Assembly (NCBI GenBank): GCA_016699265.1
Contig: CP064967.1
Span: forward strand, 180,001 to 212,000
DNA length: 32,000 nt
Direction of reading: 5' to 3'
Source of the DNA: Candidatus Saccharimonadota bacterium
Lineage (GTDB): Bacteria; Patescibacteriota; Microgenomatia; UBA1406; GWC2-37-13
Part shown: one piece after another, positions 15,738-24,836 of the stretch
How positions within the stretch are numbered: the first letter of the stretch is position 1
How the letters are laid out: every line of letters begins with the position of its first letter
Translations under genes and position numbers: made by a program
The notes under the pieces: generated by a model
What the model saw: only the letters and a program-made list of their open reading frames with translations
Told to the model about the DNA's origin: nothing
The model's database searches: none

Positions 15738-16760
15738 ATGATAAAGATGCAGAAAATTGAGTCAAAAGAAACATGGGAGGCATTTATTGGTTCTCATAAG
15801 GAAGCAAATTTTTTGCAGTCATGGTACTGGGGAGAGTTTCAAAAAAGTATAGGCAAAGAGGTTGAGTATCTCGGTTTTTATAATGGTTTGACGCTAGTTG
15901 GCATTTGTCTGGTCATTATCGAAAAGGCTAAACGAGGAACATATTTGACCGTGGCGGGAGGGCCAATCCTTGACTGGAGTAACACAGAGTTATTGAATGG
16001 CTGCTTCGAGTCACTAAAAACGCTTGCAACCGAACATAAGGCAAGCTTTGTTAGGGTTCGACCTCAGTTGGTCGAAAACGAGCTCTCATCGGCCATCTTT
16101 AACAAATATGGATTTTCTCCTGCACCTATGCACTTAACCGCAGATCTAACCTCACAGATCGATCTGAGCAGATCTGAAGAAGAGCTGTTGGAGGGTATGA
16201 GAAAGACTACCCGCTATGAGATTCGTAAGGCAGAGAAGTTGGGGGTTACGGTTTCAACGTCGCTTAATGTGGACGATATCGATTCGTTTTATGAACTTCA
16301 ACTACAGACATCGTTACGACAAAAATTCGTACCGTTCTCACTTTCGTTTCTGAAAGAGCAGTTTCGGGTCTTCGTCCAGAACAACAATGCTCTCCTCTAC
16401 CGTACCTATCTTGGCAAAACTTTGTTAGCAGAAGCATTTATTATTTTTTATGGACAGGAAGCAACCTATCACTATGGAGCAAGCACAGATGATGGTCGTA
16501 AGGTGCCAGGAGCCTACCTGTTGCAATGGGAAGCTATAAAGGAAGCAAAGCGTCGAGGACTTTCCCGCTATAACCTCTGGGGCGTTGCCAAACCAGAGCA
16601 AACAAGCCATAGATTCTACGGTGTCTCGATCTTTAAGCGAGGATTTGGTGGTCAGGACGTTGCTTACGTGCCAGCCCAGGATCTAGTGATAGATCGATTA
16701 AGGTATAGCGTCAACTATGTTATAGAGCTTGCGCGAAGAAAGGTGCGAAAACTTGGCTAG
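15738..16760 (+). CDS. FemAB-family peptidoglycan interpeptide-bridge aminoacyltransferase
   Basis: 340 aa. The N-terminus (WEAFIGSHKEANFLQSWYWGEFQK), the middle (MRKTTRYEIRKAEKLGV) and the end (YHYGASTD...PGAYLLQWEAIKEAKRRGLSRYNLWG) follow the FemX/FemAB pattern. Confidence 0.8.
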   Translation: MIKMQKIESKETWEAFIGSHKEANFLQSWYWGEFQKSIGKEVEYLGFYNGLTLVGICLVIIEKAKRGTYLTVAGGPILDWSNTELLNGCFESLKTLATEHKASFVRVRPQLVENELSSAIFNKYGFSPAPMHLTADLTSQIDLSRSEEELLEGMRKTTRYEIRKAEKLGVTVSTSLNVDDIDSFYELQLQTSLRQKFVPFSLSFLKEQFRVFVQNNNALLYRTYLGKTLLAEAFIIFYGQEATYHYGASTDDGRKVPGAYLLQWEAIKEAKRRGLSRYNLWGVAKPEQTSHRFYGVSIFKRGFGGQDVAYVPAQDLVIDRLRYSVNYVIELARRKVRKLG

Positions 16761-17934
16761 ACCTGCTGATTAAAAATATGAAGCTCTACCTGCTTCATCA
16801 CTCTGTCCCTATCCTTAGCGTTCACCTGCGTTGGGAGGTTGATGATGGAGTCCTTTATAGAGTTAGCAACAGGACATGATCCTTCCGGCGAAACAAGCGT
16901 ATGATACCATCGACTCAAATAGATCTGTTGTTTTCGAAGGACTCGCAAAGCTCTTCGCGTTTGGTCACGAGCACGGGATACCTACTTAGTGACTCATCTT
17001 TTGGATAGAGTGAAAGGCTTCGTTATACGCTGCGACATTTTCATTCTCAGATCCTGTAACAGCTCAAAATTTTTTTTAGTTGGCTATTCAGAAGAAATGC
17101 AAAGGCATTGGGAAAGAGACCCGCCATCTGCGGATTGAACTGGCCATGCTTTTCGCGTTCTGTTAGCTCTTTTGGGATGACGTAAAATGCACTCAGGAAC
17201 CAATGGAGTACCTTTCCAAATTTTGCAAAATCGTAGGTCGACTTAACAACAAGGGATAGTGGCTTATAAAGAAGACATCGTGCTATAAAGGATGTACGGG
17301 GTGTTGTAAGGCGCTTGTCATACTGTTTCAGAATCTCTTGCAGTCTTTTATCTTTGGTGAGGATGGCTCCTCCAAAGACCGATGATATCGCTTTAGACCT
17401 CCCAAAAGAAAGAAGTTTAATTGAGTCATTCTTATCCTTCATGAACATATGATTATCAAAGCCATGGGCTAGATCCTCTATAACCTGAATTTTGGATGCT
17501 TTCGAGAGTCTGAGAACTTCGTCTCTGTTAGCCGGTGTGATTCCGTAGGTATGTTGGAGAATAATGACCTTTGTTTTGGATGTAATTTTTTCTCTAAGAT
17601 CCGTTAGGTCGAGTGAAAATGACTCAGTCTCCACATCCACAAATATCGGCGTAAGTTTGAGTTCGGTCAGAGGCAGAATGACTGCGGTGCAGGTAAAACC
17701 AATTACCATTACCTCATCTCCAGGGTTCAGTTTAAGACCTTGAAGAGTCTTGTATAGGGCTCCACGAGCAGACAAATATAAAAAAATGTCATGCTCAGGA
17801 AAAAATCTTTTCAGTTTAGTCTTCACTCTTCCTGTGTACTGACCCTTTATCCACCTCCATGGTTGAATAATCATAGTTAATGATTTTAGCCCGTCTTGAT
17901 GTCCTTCATTTGGAGCTAGGTCTAGTGAGATCAT
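16757..17934 (-). pseudogene. DegT/DnrJ/EryC1/StrS-type PLP aminotransferase, disrupted near the 3' end
   Basis: The 295-aa N-terminal ORF has family features: SARGALYKTLQGLKLNPGDEVMVIGFTCTAVILP, VIEDLAHGF, and the Lys region SFGRSKAISSVFGGAILT. The continuation NENVAAYNEAF... is in another frame after the stop at 17047. The C-terminal piece (...SCPVANSIKDSIINLP...) is in a third frame (16757-16948). Confidence 0.7.
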
Positions 17935-17942
17935 ACGAAATA

Positions 17943-17948
17943 ATTATA
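17943..17948 (-). promoter_or_regulatory. TATAAT (reverse strand) 8 nt before the DegT-like start at 17934; it overlaps the murF relic stop codon
   Basis: The plus strand reads attata at 17943-17948. Confidence 0.45.
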
Positions 17949-19376
17949 GCAGAATGAGTTCCTTCATCACCGATGGCGTAAATTTACCCTCAACAAGAAG
18001 AAGCGTTGATGCATCAATATTCTTCACAATAAGGTCTAAAATAACCTTTTCGGTAGGCAGATATTGCACTTGATTGGTTATATCATATTTCTTGAACAAT
18101 ATATCTGTTGTATAGAGCTGTATCGGTCTATTTGCAATAGTGCTAAGTATCTTCTTATATGAACTATCTTTCTCTTTACCTAGTTCAATGATTCCTTTTG
18201 AGATGATAATATTCTTTCTAAAGTTTTGGTCGACAACGGTATTAATAGCGGCGATAAATCCATCAACCGAAGAGTTGCCGGAGTCGTTGAGGATTTTAGA
18301 TCCTTTGATTCCTTTATGAACCGAAAAGCATTGGCAATTTGACTCCAGTTATCTCCTCCCGGAGATGATCTCCGACTCTTTCATTCCTTGATCCATACAG
18401 AAAGCGATACAGGGAAGAATAGTAAGCTATATTGTGTGCCCCGATCAGATCGGTAATAATCTCAAGCTGTGCTTGTCTCGCCTACCATCGGGTGCAGTAT
18501 GGGTAATCTGAGCGATGAGTTTTGCTGTGGATTCAGGCGGGTCTGGTGGCACAGATGTCTGTGACTCGATGTAGTTGAGAAAACCACGGCCTTTATTGCG
18601 CTTACTTGGCAGTATGAGCAAACGAGAAAATTCCTCCATTTATATATGCGGTTCCACTTGATGGAAGGTACTCAGAATTTCTCCCTCAGCTTTTATAAGG
18701 TTTTCTCTTGAGGCGAGATCGAAATGCTGGTTGCCAAAGGCGGTTATAATGGCGTTTTGTAGCATGAAGACCTTTGTTGCCTTCGCAACCTCATATCTGT
18801 ACGCTCCAACTTCTGCAATAAAGTACTTAGTATCAGGCTTAATGTTTCGCAGTATGAACTGTACTACTCCGACATCTGTATTTTGTTTGCGTCTGTCTTA
18901 GCAACTTTGTATTTAGTAGAGAGCAACTGAAAAAAGAAATTCGCGGTTGGTCTTGCCATAACTTCCAGTGCAGCGCTTACAATATCTGGGCGTTGCTTGA
19001 TCAACAATTTCGCCTTTTTATCATCCGGTTACGCATTGCGTATGCAAAGTAGTCTTGTCAAGGAAGAACAACAACCGACACAAAAGGAAGATAAGCTTGC
19101 AACCGGCGATAGAACTAAAATTACTGGTAATCCAGAGCGAAGCCCAGAACTGAAGGTATGTAGTGAGCCAGAATAGACAATGCTATTGATGTACATACGA
19201 TAAAGAAAGTTTCTAAATGACTTGGCAAGTAGTGGAAATCATGAGATAAAGAGAAGGAAAGGAAATCCATCCTCAAGCAGGTAGAGCCAGAGTCGATCAA
19301 ATCTATACTCCCTTTACAAAATATAACTGAGATCGACTATTTTAATAAGCGCTACAGTAATAATAGGGTATGTCAT
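17944..19376 (-). pseudogene. murF: Mur ligase (MurF-like UDP-MurNAc-peptide D-Ala-D-Ala ligase) pseudogene with many frameshifts and stops
   Basis: My reverse-strand translation gives ordered Mur-ligase pieces in different frames. They are GKTNREFLFQLLSTKYKVAKTDANK (P-loop region GxxGKT), IKPDTKYFIAEVGAYRY, AIITAFGNQHFDLASRENLIKAEGEI, KGSKILNDSGNSSVDGFIAAINTV, and IIISKGIIELGKEKDSSYKKILSTIA down to ...VEGKFTPSVMKELILL*. Confidence 0.7.
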
Positions 19377-19417
19377 GATCGATTTATCGAGTCCGTATAG
19401 TTATAAAGTTCATAAGG

Positions 19418-20165
19418 TCATTCTTCGAGAAATGCGAACATTTCGCTCGCTACCACCTCAGGGCTACGAAGGAAGACTGTGCCGAGTGTGAGAATAATTT
19501 TTGGGAGAAATGGAGTTGGATATGTTGTTGTGTAGTTCTTTGGCCCATCTGGCCGGTGTGATCTGGTCATACTCTCCCCAGATCAGAAGCGTATCACACT
19601 TAATCTTAGATAGATCCGGTGGTCCTGCGTAATAATCTTCCGAAAATTTTGTTCGAGTTGTGGAAAGGTAGAGATGTCCGATGATCTGGAACAGAACTGG
19701 AGTATAAAAATCTTCGAAATGGAGGATTATTTTAGGAAAAGTGATGAAAAATTTTTGCTAAAACAGAAATCTTGGTTGTTCGTTTATAGGAATTTGTTAC
19801 AAAGGATCAACGACTTAACAAAATCAGGTTTGTGGCCGCAAGGTAGATACCGAGTCCCCACCAAATGAATGCCCAAAGTATGTAACTTTCTTTAACCTTC
19901 AAACTTTCAACAGGTTAGCAAAACGTTGAGTGTACTCTCTACTCCCCAACTAGAGTCCGGTGGATCCTTTTGCAAAACCGGGAAGATCAGAGAAGAATTG
20001 CTTTGTATTTTTGAGAGAAGTTTACCTAAAGGAGCGAGACTTTCAGATGATCCTCCCCATCCATGTACTAATAATAGAATAGGCTCGTCTCTTGCCTACC
20101 GGCGAGCAGGCCGCTCCCCATAACTTCATAGCGAAGCTGTTTTCCGGCAATGAGGTGTACATACC
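19418..20165 (-). pseudogene. Alpha/beta-hydrolase pseudogene
   Basis: Reverse-strand pieces in shifting frames: HLIAGKQLRYEVMGSG, PILLLVHGWGGSSESLAPLGKLLS, PPDSSWGVE, TLLIWGEYDQITPA, and a C-terminus ...PEVVASEMFAFLEE*. Confidence 0.65.
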
Positions 20166-20185
20166 CCTGATTATACCGCAGGCGG

Positions 20186-20234
20186 CGTATAGCGTATATC
20201 GTATAACGTATGTCGTATACCAAATACCGAATAC
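20186..20234. repeat. Heptanucleotide tandem repeat, 7 units (CGTATAG CGTATAT CGTATAA CGTATGT CGTATAC CAAATAC CGAATAC)
   Basis: Read directly. It lies between the DsbA-like relic stop (20237) and a reverse-strand TATAAT (20170-20175) upstream of the hydrolase relic. Confidence 0.9.
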
Positions 20235-20236
20235 GA

Positions 20237-20987
20237 TTATTTTACCCCTTCAGCGAGTAGTTTATTGAATTCGTCGAGCGTGAAGAACTCCGGTTTTACC
20301 ATTAAGGTAAAAAGTAGGTGTGATCAATCCTGATTTCCAAGAATCATATCCTCGTCCACTCTATTTTGACCTCAGGACTTGTCATATCTTTTTAAACTTG
20401 GTGAGGTCAAGTTTAAGTGATACCGCATACTCACCGAAAACCTTAGCAATGTCGTTTGAACCCCAGACTTTCTGATTTTCAAACAGAAAGATCCCCCATC
20501 TCAAAAACTTATCACTGCATTCCCTTTGCCTCAGCAGCATATGCCACCAGATCTCCTTTTCTTATGAATTTTTCAAGTGGATAGTTTTTGTAGACAAATG
20601 CAATTTTGCTGGCGATCTTGTACAGGCGGAGCCGGATGCTTCCATAGGCCGCCAACACTTGGTGAAAGCTTCCACATGCCGGATTGTTGATATCCTTCGA
20701 ACTCAGCAGCACATTCTTTTGTTTTGCTCCCCACTTCATGGTCGGTTGAGAGAACTTTCTGCAGCTCGGTACGAATTACCTGTGAGGACGAAGCTACTTT
20801 TATTCACTAGCTGCGTATACGATAAAGAAATGCTAAGGTATGACGATTGAGATAGTCGCTGAAAGGCATTATTCTTAGTCATAGAAACTACGCCTGATAC
20901 AATTGGAGCATTCTCTTTTGCAATACGTCGATTTCTTATGATATATAAAGGAACAATTCTCAGCATAAGAGATAAAACTTCGGTCAA
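20237..20987 (-). pseudogene. DsbA-like thioredoxin-fold oxidoreductase pseudogene
   Basis: Reverse-strand pieces: KECAAEFEGYQQSG / INNPACGSFHQVL (the region of the CPxC active site, apparently mutated), KIAFVYKNYPL, AAYAAEAKG, and VWGSNDIAKVFGEYAVSLKLDLTKFKKDMTSPEVKIE...KPEFFTLDEFNKLLAEGVK*. They occupy at least three frames. Confidence 0.6.
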
Positions 20988-20999
20988 AATTACGTCTCG

Positions 21000-21890
21000 A
21001 GGAAGGATCCGGGTTGGAAAGAAATAGTGATAAACGCTACCTTCTCAATTCCTCACGGGTTTCGGTGAATGAAGGCGATGGTGATGGTCTCCTACTCCCC
21101 CGGAAAAACGGAGTTCAGATCGGCTACATTGCAGATTTTTATCGAAATGATGCCCTCCTTATCCTGAGTGTTTTATTTATACTTGTCGTCGCGGTTGGAA
21201 GAGAAGTAAGAGGTATTCTCTCAATTTTGGGAATGATCTTTTCGTTTTCGTAGTTGCAAAGTTCTCCTCCCGAGCATTCTTGGTGGGGAGCGATCCGGTA
21301 GTGGTGATGTTGCTTGGGTCACTCGTGATTATTCCCGCCCACCTTCTGCATCTCTCACGGAATTACTAAGAAGACAACGATCGCGATGATTAGTACCTTC
21401 ATTGCTCTCTGGTGACCGGACTACTCTCCTTATCTCTTTGTGCTGTTAGCCAAACTCACTAGCTTTAGTGCTGAGGAGTCGATCTTTTGCAAGCGCAGGG
21501 TCTTCAGGTTAACATGAGAACATTTATTAGCGGGAATATTGTTAGGAGCTATGGGAGTTCTCCGATGACATAACCATCTCCCAAGTTTCAATCGTTGAGA
21601 CACTACGACGCACGAACAGATCTCTTTCCTTGAGGAAACAGGCTGTATAAACACACAATGAATCGGACGGGATCACATTTCCTCACTAGTCCAATACTCT
21701 TTTCTTGTGTGCCGGAGCGTCACTCCCGCTCTTTCTTCTTTTTATTCCACACAGTCTTGCCACAGGAATGATTATTAATCAGGAGGTGGTAGCAACGAAG
21801 TATCCGAACGCTGGTGAGCTCGATTGGCATTATTCTTGCGGTTTCCGCTCTCTTCTTATATCGCCGCTACATTACTTTCATAAAAACTAA
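21000..21890 (+). pseudogene. YibE/F-family membrane protein pseudogene
   Basis: Ordered pieces in shifting frames: YIADFYRNDALLILSVLFILVVAVGREVRGILSILGMIFSF, LLGAMGVL, IGRDHISSLV, AGASLPLFLLF, and INQEVVAT...LVSSIGIILAV. These match the YibE/F pattern as I remember it. Confidence 0.6.
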
Positions 21891-21918
21891 GTGTCAACCT
21901 GGTAGATTAAGATAAGTC

Positions 21919-21947
21919 TTGACAAATGCAAACAAGTTGCATATACT
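21919..21947 (+). promoter_or_regulatory. Canonical sigma70-type promoter (TTGACA, 17 nt, TATACT) with an embedded inverted repeat ATGCAA-n5-TTGCAT
   Basis: TTGACA at 21919-21924 and TATACT at 21942-21947. ATGCAA at 21926-21931 pairs with TTGCAT at 21937-21942. A third ATGCAA lies at 21950-21955, around the expected transcription start. Confidence 0.65.
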
Positions 21948-21987
21948 TAATGCAAGTAATTCGCAAAGGATTAGGAGGTGATATCAA

Positions 21988-22153
21988 TTGAGATTCTATA
22001 ACGTTAAAAGCAGAGATGGTTGAAGTAGTAGCAGATGATGAAAGTAGAAGTCGTCACCACAGAAGAGCGCATGAAAGCTGGAAAAGCTAAATCAAACGGT
22101 ACGAAGCTTTCAAGATTCTTAGCAATGAGGATGCACAAAAATTAGCTAAATAA
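21988..22153 (+). pseudogene. Small (~55 codon) gene with a strong SD, apparently frameshifted
   Basis: AGGAGG at 21973-21978 lies 9 nt before the TTG at 21988. The frames read LRFYNVKSRDG*, then ...KVEVVTTEERMKAGKAKSNGTKL, then ...FKILSNEDAQKLAK*. Together they look like one small basic protein split over three frames. Confidence 0.3.
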
Positions 22154-22237
22154 AGTTATTTAACCTGCCGTCTTTTGCGGGCGGAGACGAGTTAAAGTAT
22201 CTTTTCTCGACGCCAAAAGCAATACATATGAACCATA

Positions 22238-22270
22238 CCCCGCCCGCCGTTAGCGTGGCGGGGTTATTTA
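22238..22270 (+). terminator. Rho-independent terminator (GC-rich hairpin plus T-rich tail)
   Basis: ccccgcc (22238-22244) pairs with ggcgggg (22257-22263), plus an inner cgc/gcg pairing, followed by ttatttat. It is the only convincing intrinsic terminator I found in the window. Confidence 0.6.
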
Positions 22271-22393
22271 TCCCACACAAACATTATGAAAAAGAAGCCA
22301 TCGTTATCGTAACTGGAGTCAAGATCAATGGCTTGAAGATTTTTAAAGATCGAATCACTACTTTGATCCTCACAAGGAAGTAAGCAATATAAG

Positions 22394-22660
22394 ATGAACG
22401 CAGCGGCTGGTGCAGCTGTCGCACTCAACAGAGGCAAGGTTACATTGTAGCCGCGGCCGGTTCATGCAATGGTTGCATGAAGCTTCTGAAACTGAAACTT
22501 ACTCAAAAACCGTATCACTTTACGGAACTTAACCTTCTTGATAAGAATGCAATAGTGGCGTTTGTCAAAGAAGTTAAAGTTACAAAAAGACAGGACTCCC
22601 CGTCCATCTCGTTCATTATGGTGGCGCGTCAGAGACAGATGTTAGAGATTGCCAGGTAAC
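22394..22660 (+). pseudogene. Possible glutaredoxin/NrdH-like thioredoxin-fold gene relic
   Basis: MNAAAGAAVALNRGKVTL* is followed in other frames by SCNGCMKLLKLKLTQKPYHFTELNLLDKNAIVAFVKEV (a CxxC motif followed by a helix) and GLPVHLVHYGGASE (cf. VPxIFIxGxxIGG). This is a weak call. Confidence 0.3.
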
Positions 22661-22708
22661 AGTATATTTCTTGATCCTGGAAACACCATCACAGGCAGTA
22701 GCCCCATC

Positions 22709-23077
22709 ATGGCAAATAATACCGTAACCCGGTTTAACATTCTTCAAGGCCTACGTTCAGTATTTGTACAGAAGATAACAAAGGTTGTGCTTATCTCAGC
22801 AATTACGGCTTTACGCACAAAAGACTGCATGCGCTTGATGCAATTCAAAGGGCAGGGCACGCCATGGCGAGAAGTCTGGCGCTCGGTTGACACCGGAGAA
22901 TATTTTTATTACGGAAATAATGCCGGGTATCACCGACACTGGTTTTACGACAACCCCCAAAACCTTAAAGTACATAAAGCATGCTTCAAAGAGTTGGGAT
23001 ATGATTATACAGACGCTACCTTTCGGTATTTTCTGCTGAGCGCGCAGGTGAAGCTGTTGTTTTGCAATGGATGTTGA
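22709..23077 (+). CDS. Hypothetical protein (122 aa from the first ATG); family not recognised
   Basis: This is the only sizeable ORF in 22.3-23.8 kb. It contains GTPWREVWRSVDTGEYFYYGNNAGYHRHWFYDNP. The surroundings are decayed, so it may be a gene fragment. Confidence 0.3.
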   Translation: MANNTVTRFNILQGLRSVFVQKITKVVLISAITALRTKDCMRLMQFKGQGTPWREVWRSVDTGEYFYYGNNAGYHRHWFYDNPQNLKVHKACFKELGYDYTDATFRYFLLSAQVKLLFCNGC

Positions 23078-23870
23078 TGCTCATGTCAGAAAATTACTCT
23101 TATGCCGTTTTGAGTCAGTACCCCACACTTGGGAGCTTAGTAATTAACTACAAACATGAGTGCAGAATTTGGAATACCAATTGACAAGAAGTTGATGAGA
23201 GCACTAAGCGAGCAGTCGTACTTTGGGCCACAGGTGCAAATTAAGACAACCCATTCTATCGTATATGGATAGAGAGCCGGACTGTTGATCAAATGACAGT
23301 AAATTAGTAATGAATGACATTGGGGTTCGGGATTTGAAAAGTCTAAATTTAGTTCCCGTACAGCAGACGACCTCACTTTGGTAAGGCAGGTTTGCCTTGG
23401 ATGTATCGAAAGATGAATTTAAAGAACAAATCGATAGCGCATTTCCAGCAGGTGTTTTAAATTTATTTATAGAACCGACCGGTGCTGTTGATATAGCTGA
23501 AATCGAAGCCGCATTTGATGAAATTTGAGTGTTGAAGATGTACTGTATGTGGGCGTTTGAGTGCGAGGTCACGGGTTAAATCCTTGGTATAAATCTATGC
23601 TCAGAAATCTAGAAGTTCTTCAAAGGCGTCAAGGAGTTGTCTGCATAACTCATGCAGAGAAGAACCTACCGTTACTATCGAAGATGGATTATTAATTCCT
23701 GTGATTGAGTTTGTAACTAATAGTACTGGCGGAAGCAAATTGTACTAGTTGGCGAAAATGGTGAAGTTCCTGAAGACATACTGGCCTTAGAGACCAATAA
23801 AGATAAAACATCTGCTACTCAATCCCCTTCTACTGCAGAGAGTAGATCAATATACGCGGATGGTATCAGC

Positions 23871-24827
23871 TTGCGAGATGGTGTTACCACTGAAGATATT
23901 GAGGAATTGGGAAAATTGCTAGGTGTGAACCCGTACAGAAGAAAAGGCAGATTCCCTTCAAGAGATGGTAAGCGGTTTAATTTACAGATAATTAACGGAA
24001 GGATAGTAAAAGAAGAGATAGAAGCAGCAGAAACATCAAATCTTATATTCATGACTCCTGACCCCGTGACAAGGACATTGTTCCAAAGCATGACTCACCA
24101 GTTCGAAGATCACGACCACCATCATCACGATGATCATGGACACCATGATCATCATCTTCAGGATAACCCAACTACTATTGAGCAATTACTGCAATTTGTT
24201 GAAAAGAGACGTCGTGAATATGAAACTCCCGTAATATCTGAGGAAAGCGGAAGATTACTGACGTCTTTTCCAGAAGCCGATCTTGCTTATGTGGTCTCTG
24301 TAAAGGGTAATTATATTCCCAACGAGTTATTTAATCAGATTCCACAAGAGGTCCGGGATAACGTCCTGGTCTGGTACATAATGCAAAGAGCATTTGCTCT
24401 TGCGCAGCTTAATAATTACAAACAAGACGCAAATTTCCGAGAGTATCAAAGATCGCTTGCTATTAACCTTGCTTGGTTTGCATACGAGTCTGAAATAAAA
24501 AATAACCCTAAATACAAAATTCTTAAAAATGGTAAATTATTTGGGACCACACCGGTGGGATACTTGGATTACTTAAAAGCAGGCAGAAATGCATACGAAG
24601 GTCTTTCCGCTCTATCAGCAAACGAGATTAATCTAAAACAAAAAGACAGGCAACCTGAGGACATGCAAGAGGCGCTTGCTTGGGCTGTTCTTGGAGAGAA
24701 AAGCGTATCTGTCGCAGAAGCCATATCCCTTGCTGAGCGCTTTCGAATGCTCGCAATAGCGCAAAACCTAGATGACTATATTGAGCGTTGGTCAGATGTA
24801 GTCAGATACTTTGAGGTTATGAGATAA
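23871..24827 (+). CDS. Unknown protein with a His/Asp-rich tract (HQFEDHDHHHHDDHGHHDHH); possibly the surviving 3' part of a longer gene
   Basis: A 957-nt open frame in an otherwise decayed region. The His-rich tract lies at about 24096-24161. The ORF-track start is a TTG, the frame is open upstream to about 23750 without an ATG, and the first ATG is at about 24049. The stop lies 10 nt before the Fur-family gene. Confidence 0.5.
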   Translation: MRDGVTTEDIEELGKLLGVNPYRRKGRFPSRDGKRFNLQIINGRIVKEEIEAAETSNLIFMTPDPVTRTLFQSMTHQFEDHDHHHHDDHGHHDHHLQDNPTTIEQLLQFVEKRRREYETPVISEESGRLLTSFPEADLAYVVSVKGNYIPNELFNQIPQEVRDNVLVWYIMQRAFALAQLNNYKQDANFREYQRSLAINLAWFAYESEIKNNPKYKILKNGKLFGTTPVGYLDYLKAGRNAYEGLSALSANEINLKQKDRQPEDMQEALAWAVLGEKSVSVAEAISLAERFRMLAIAQNLDDYIERWSDVVRYFEVMR

Positions 24828-24828
24828 T
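24823..24828 (+). promoter_or_regulatory. GATAAT -10-like box 8 nt before the ATG at 24837
   Basis: Read directly: gagataatacctagatATG. Confidence 0.35.
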
Positions 24829-24836
24829 ACCTAGAT

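Noticed and set aside
21950-22270. A T-box or known metal riboswitch in the leader downstream of the strong promoter
   Set aside because: I saw no T-box consensus (AATTAGGGTGGTACCGCG-like) and no recognisable conserved riboswitch core. Only the generic alternative-helix arrangement is reported as a finding.
22649-22708. The N-terminal 20 codons of the 142-aa ORF (TTG start at 22649)
   Set aside because: The TTG start overlaps the end of the preceding relic ORF and has no promoter or SD context. The first ATG (22709) is used instead, and even that gene call has low confidence.
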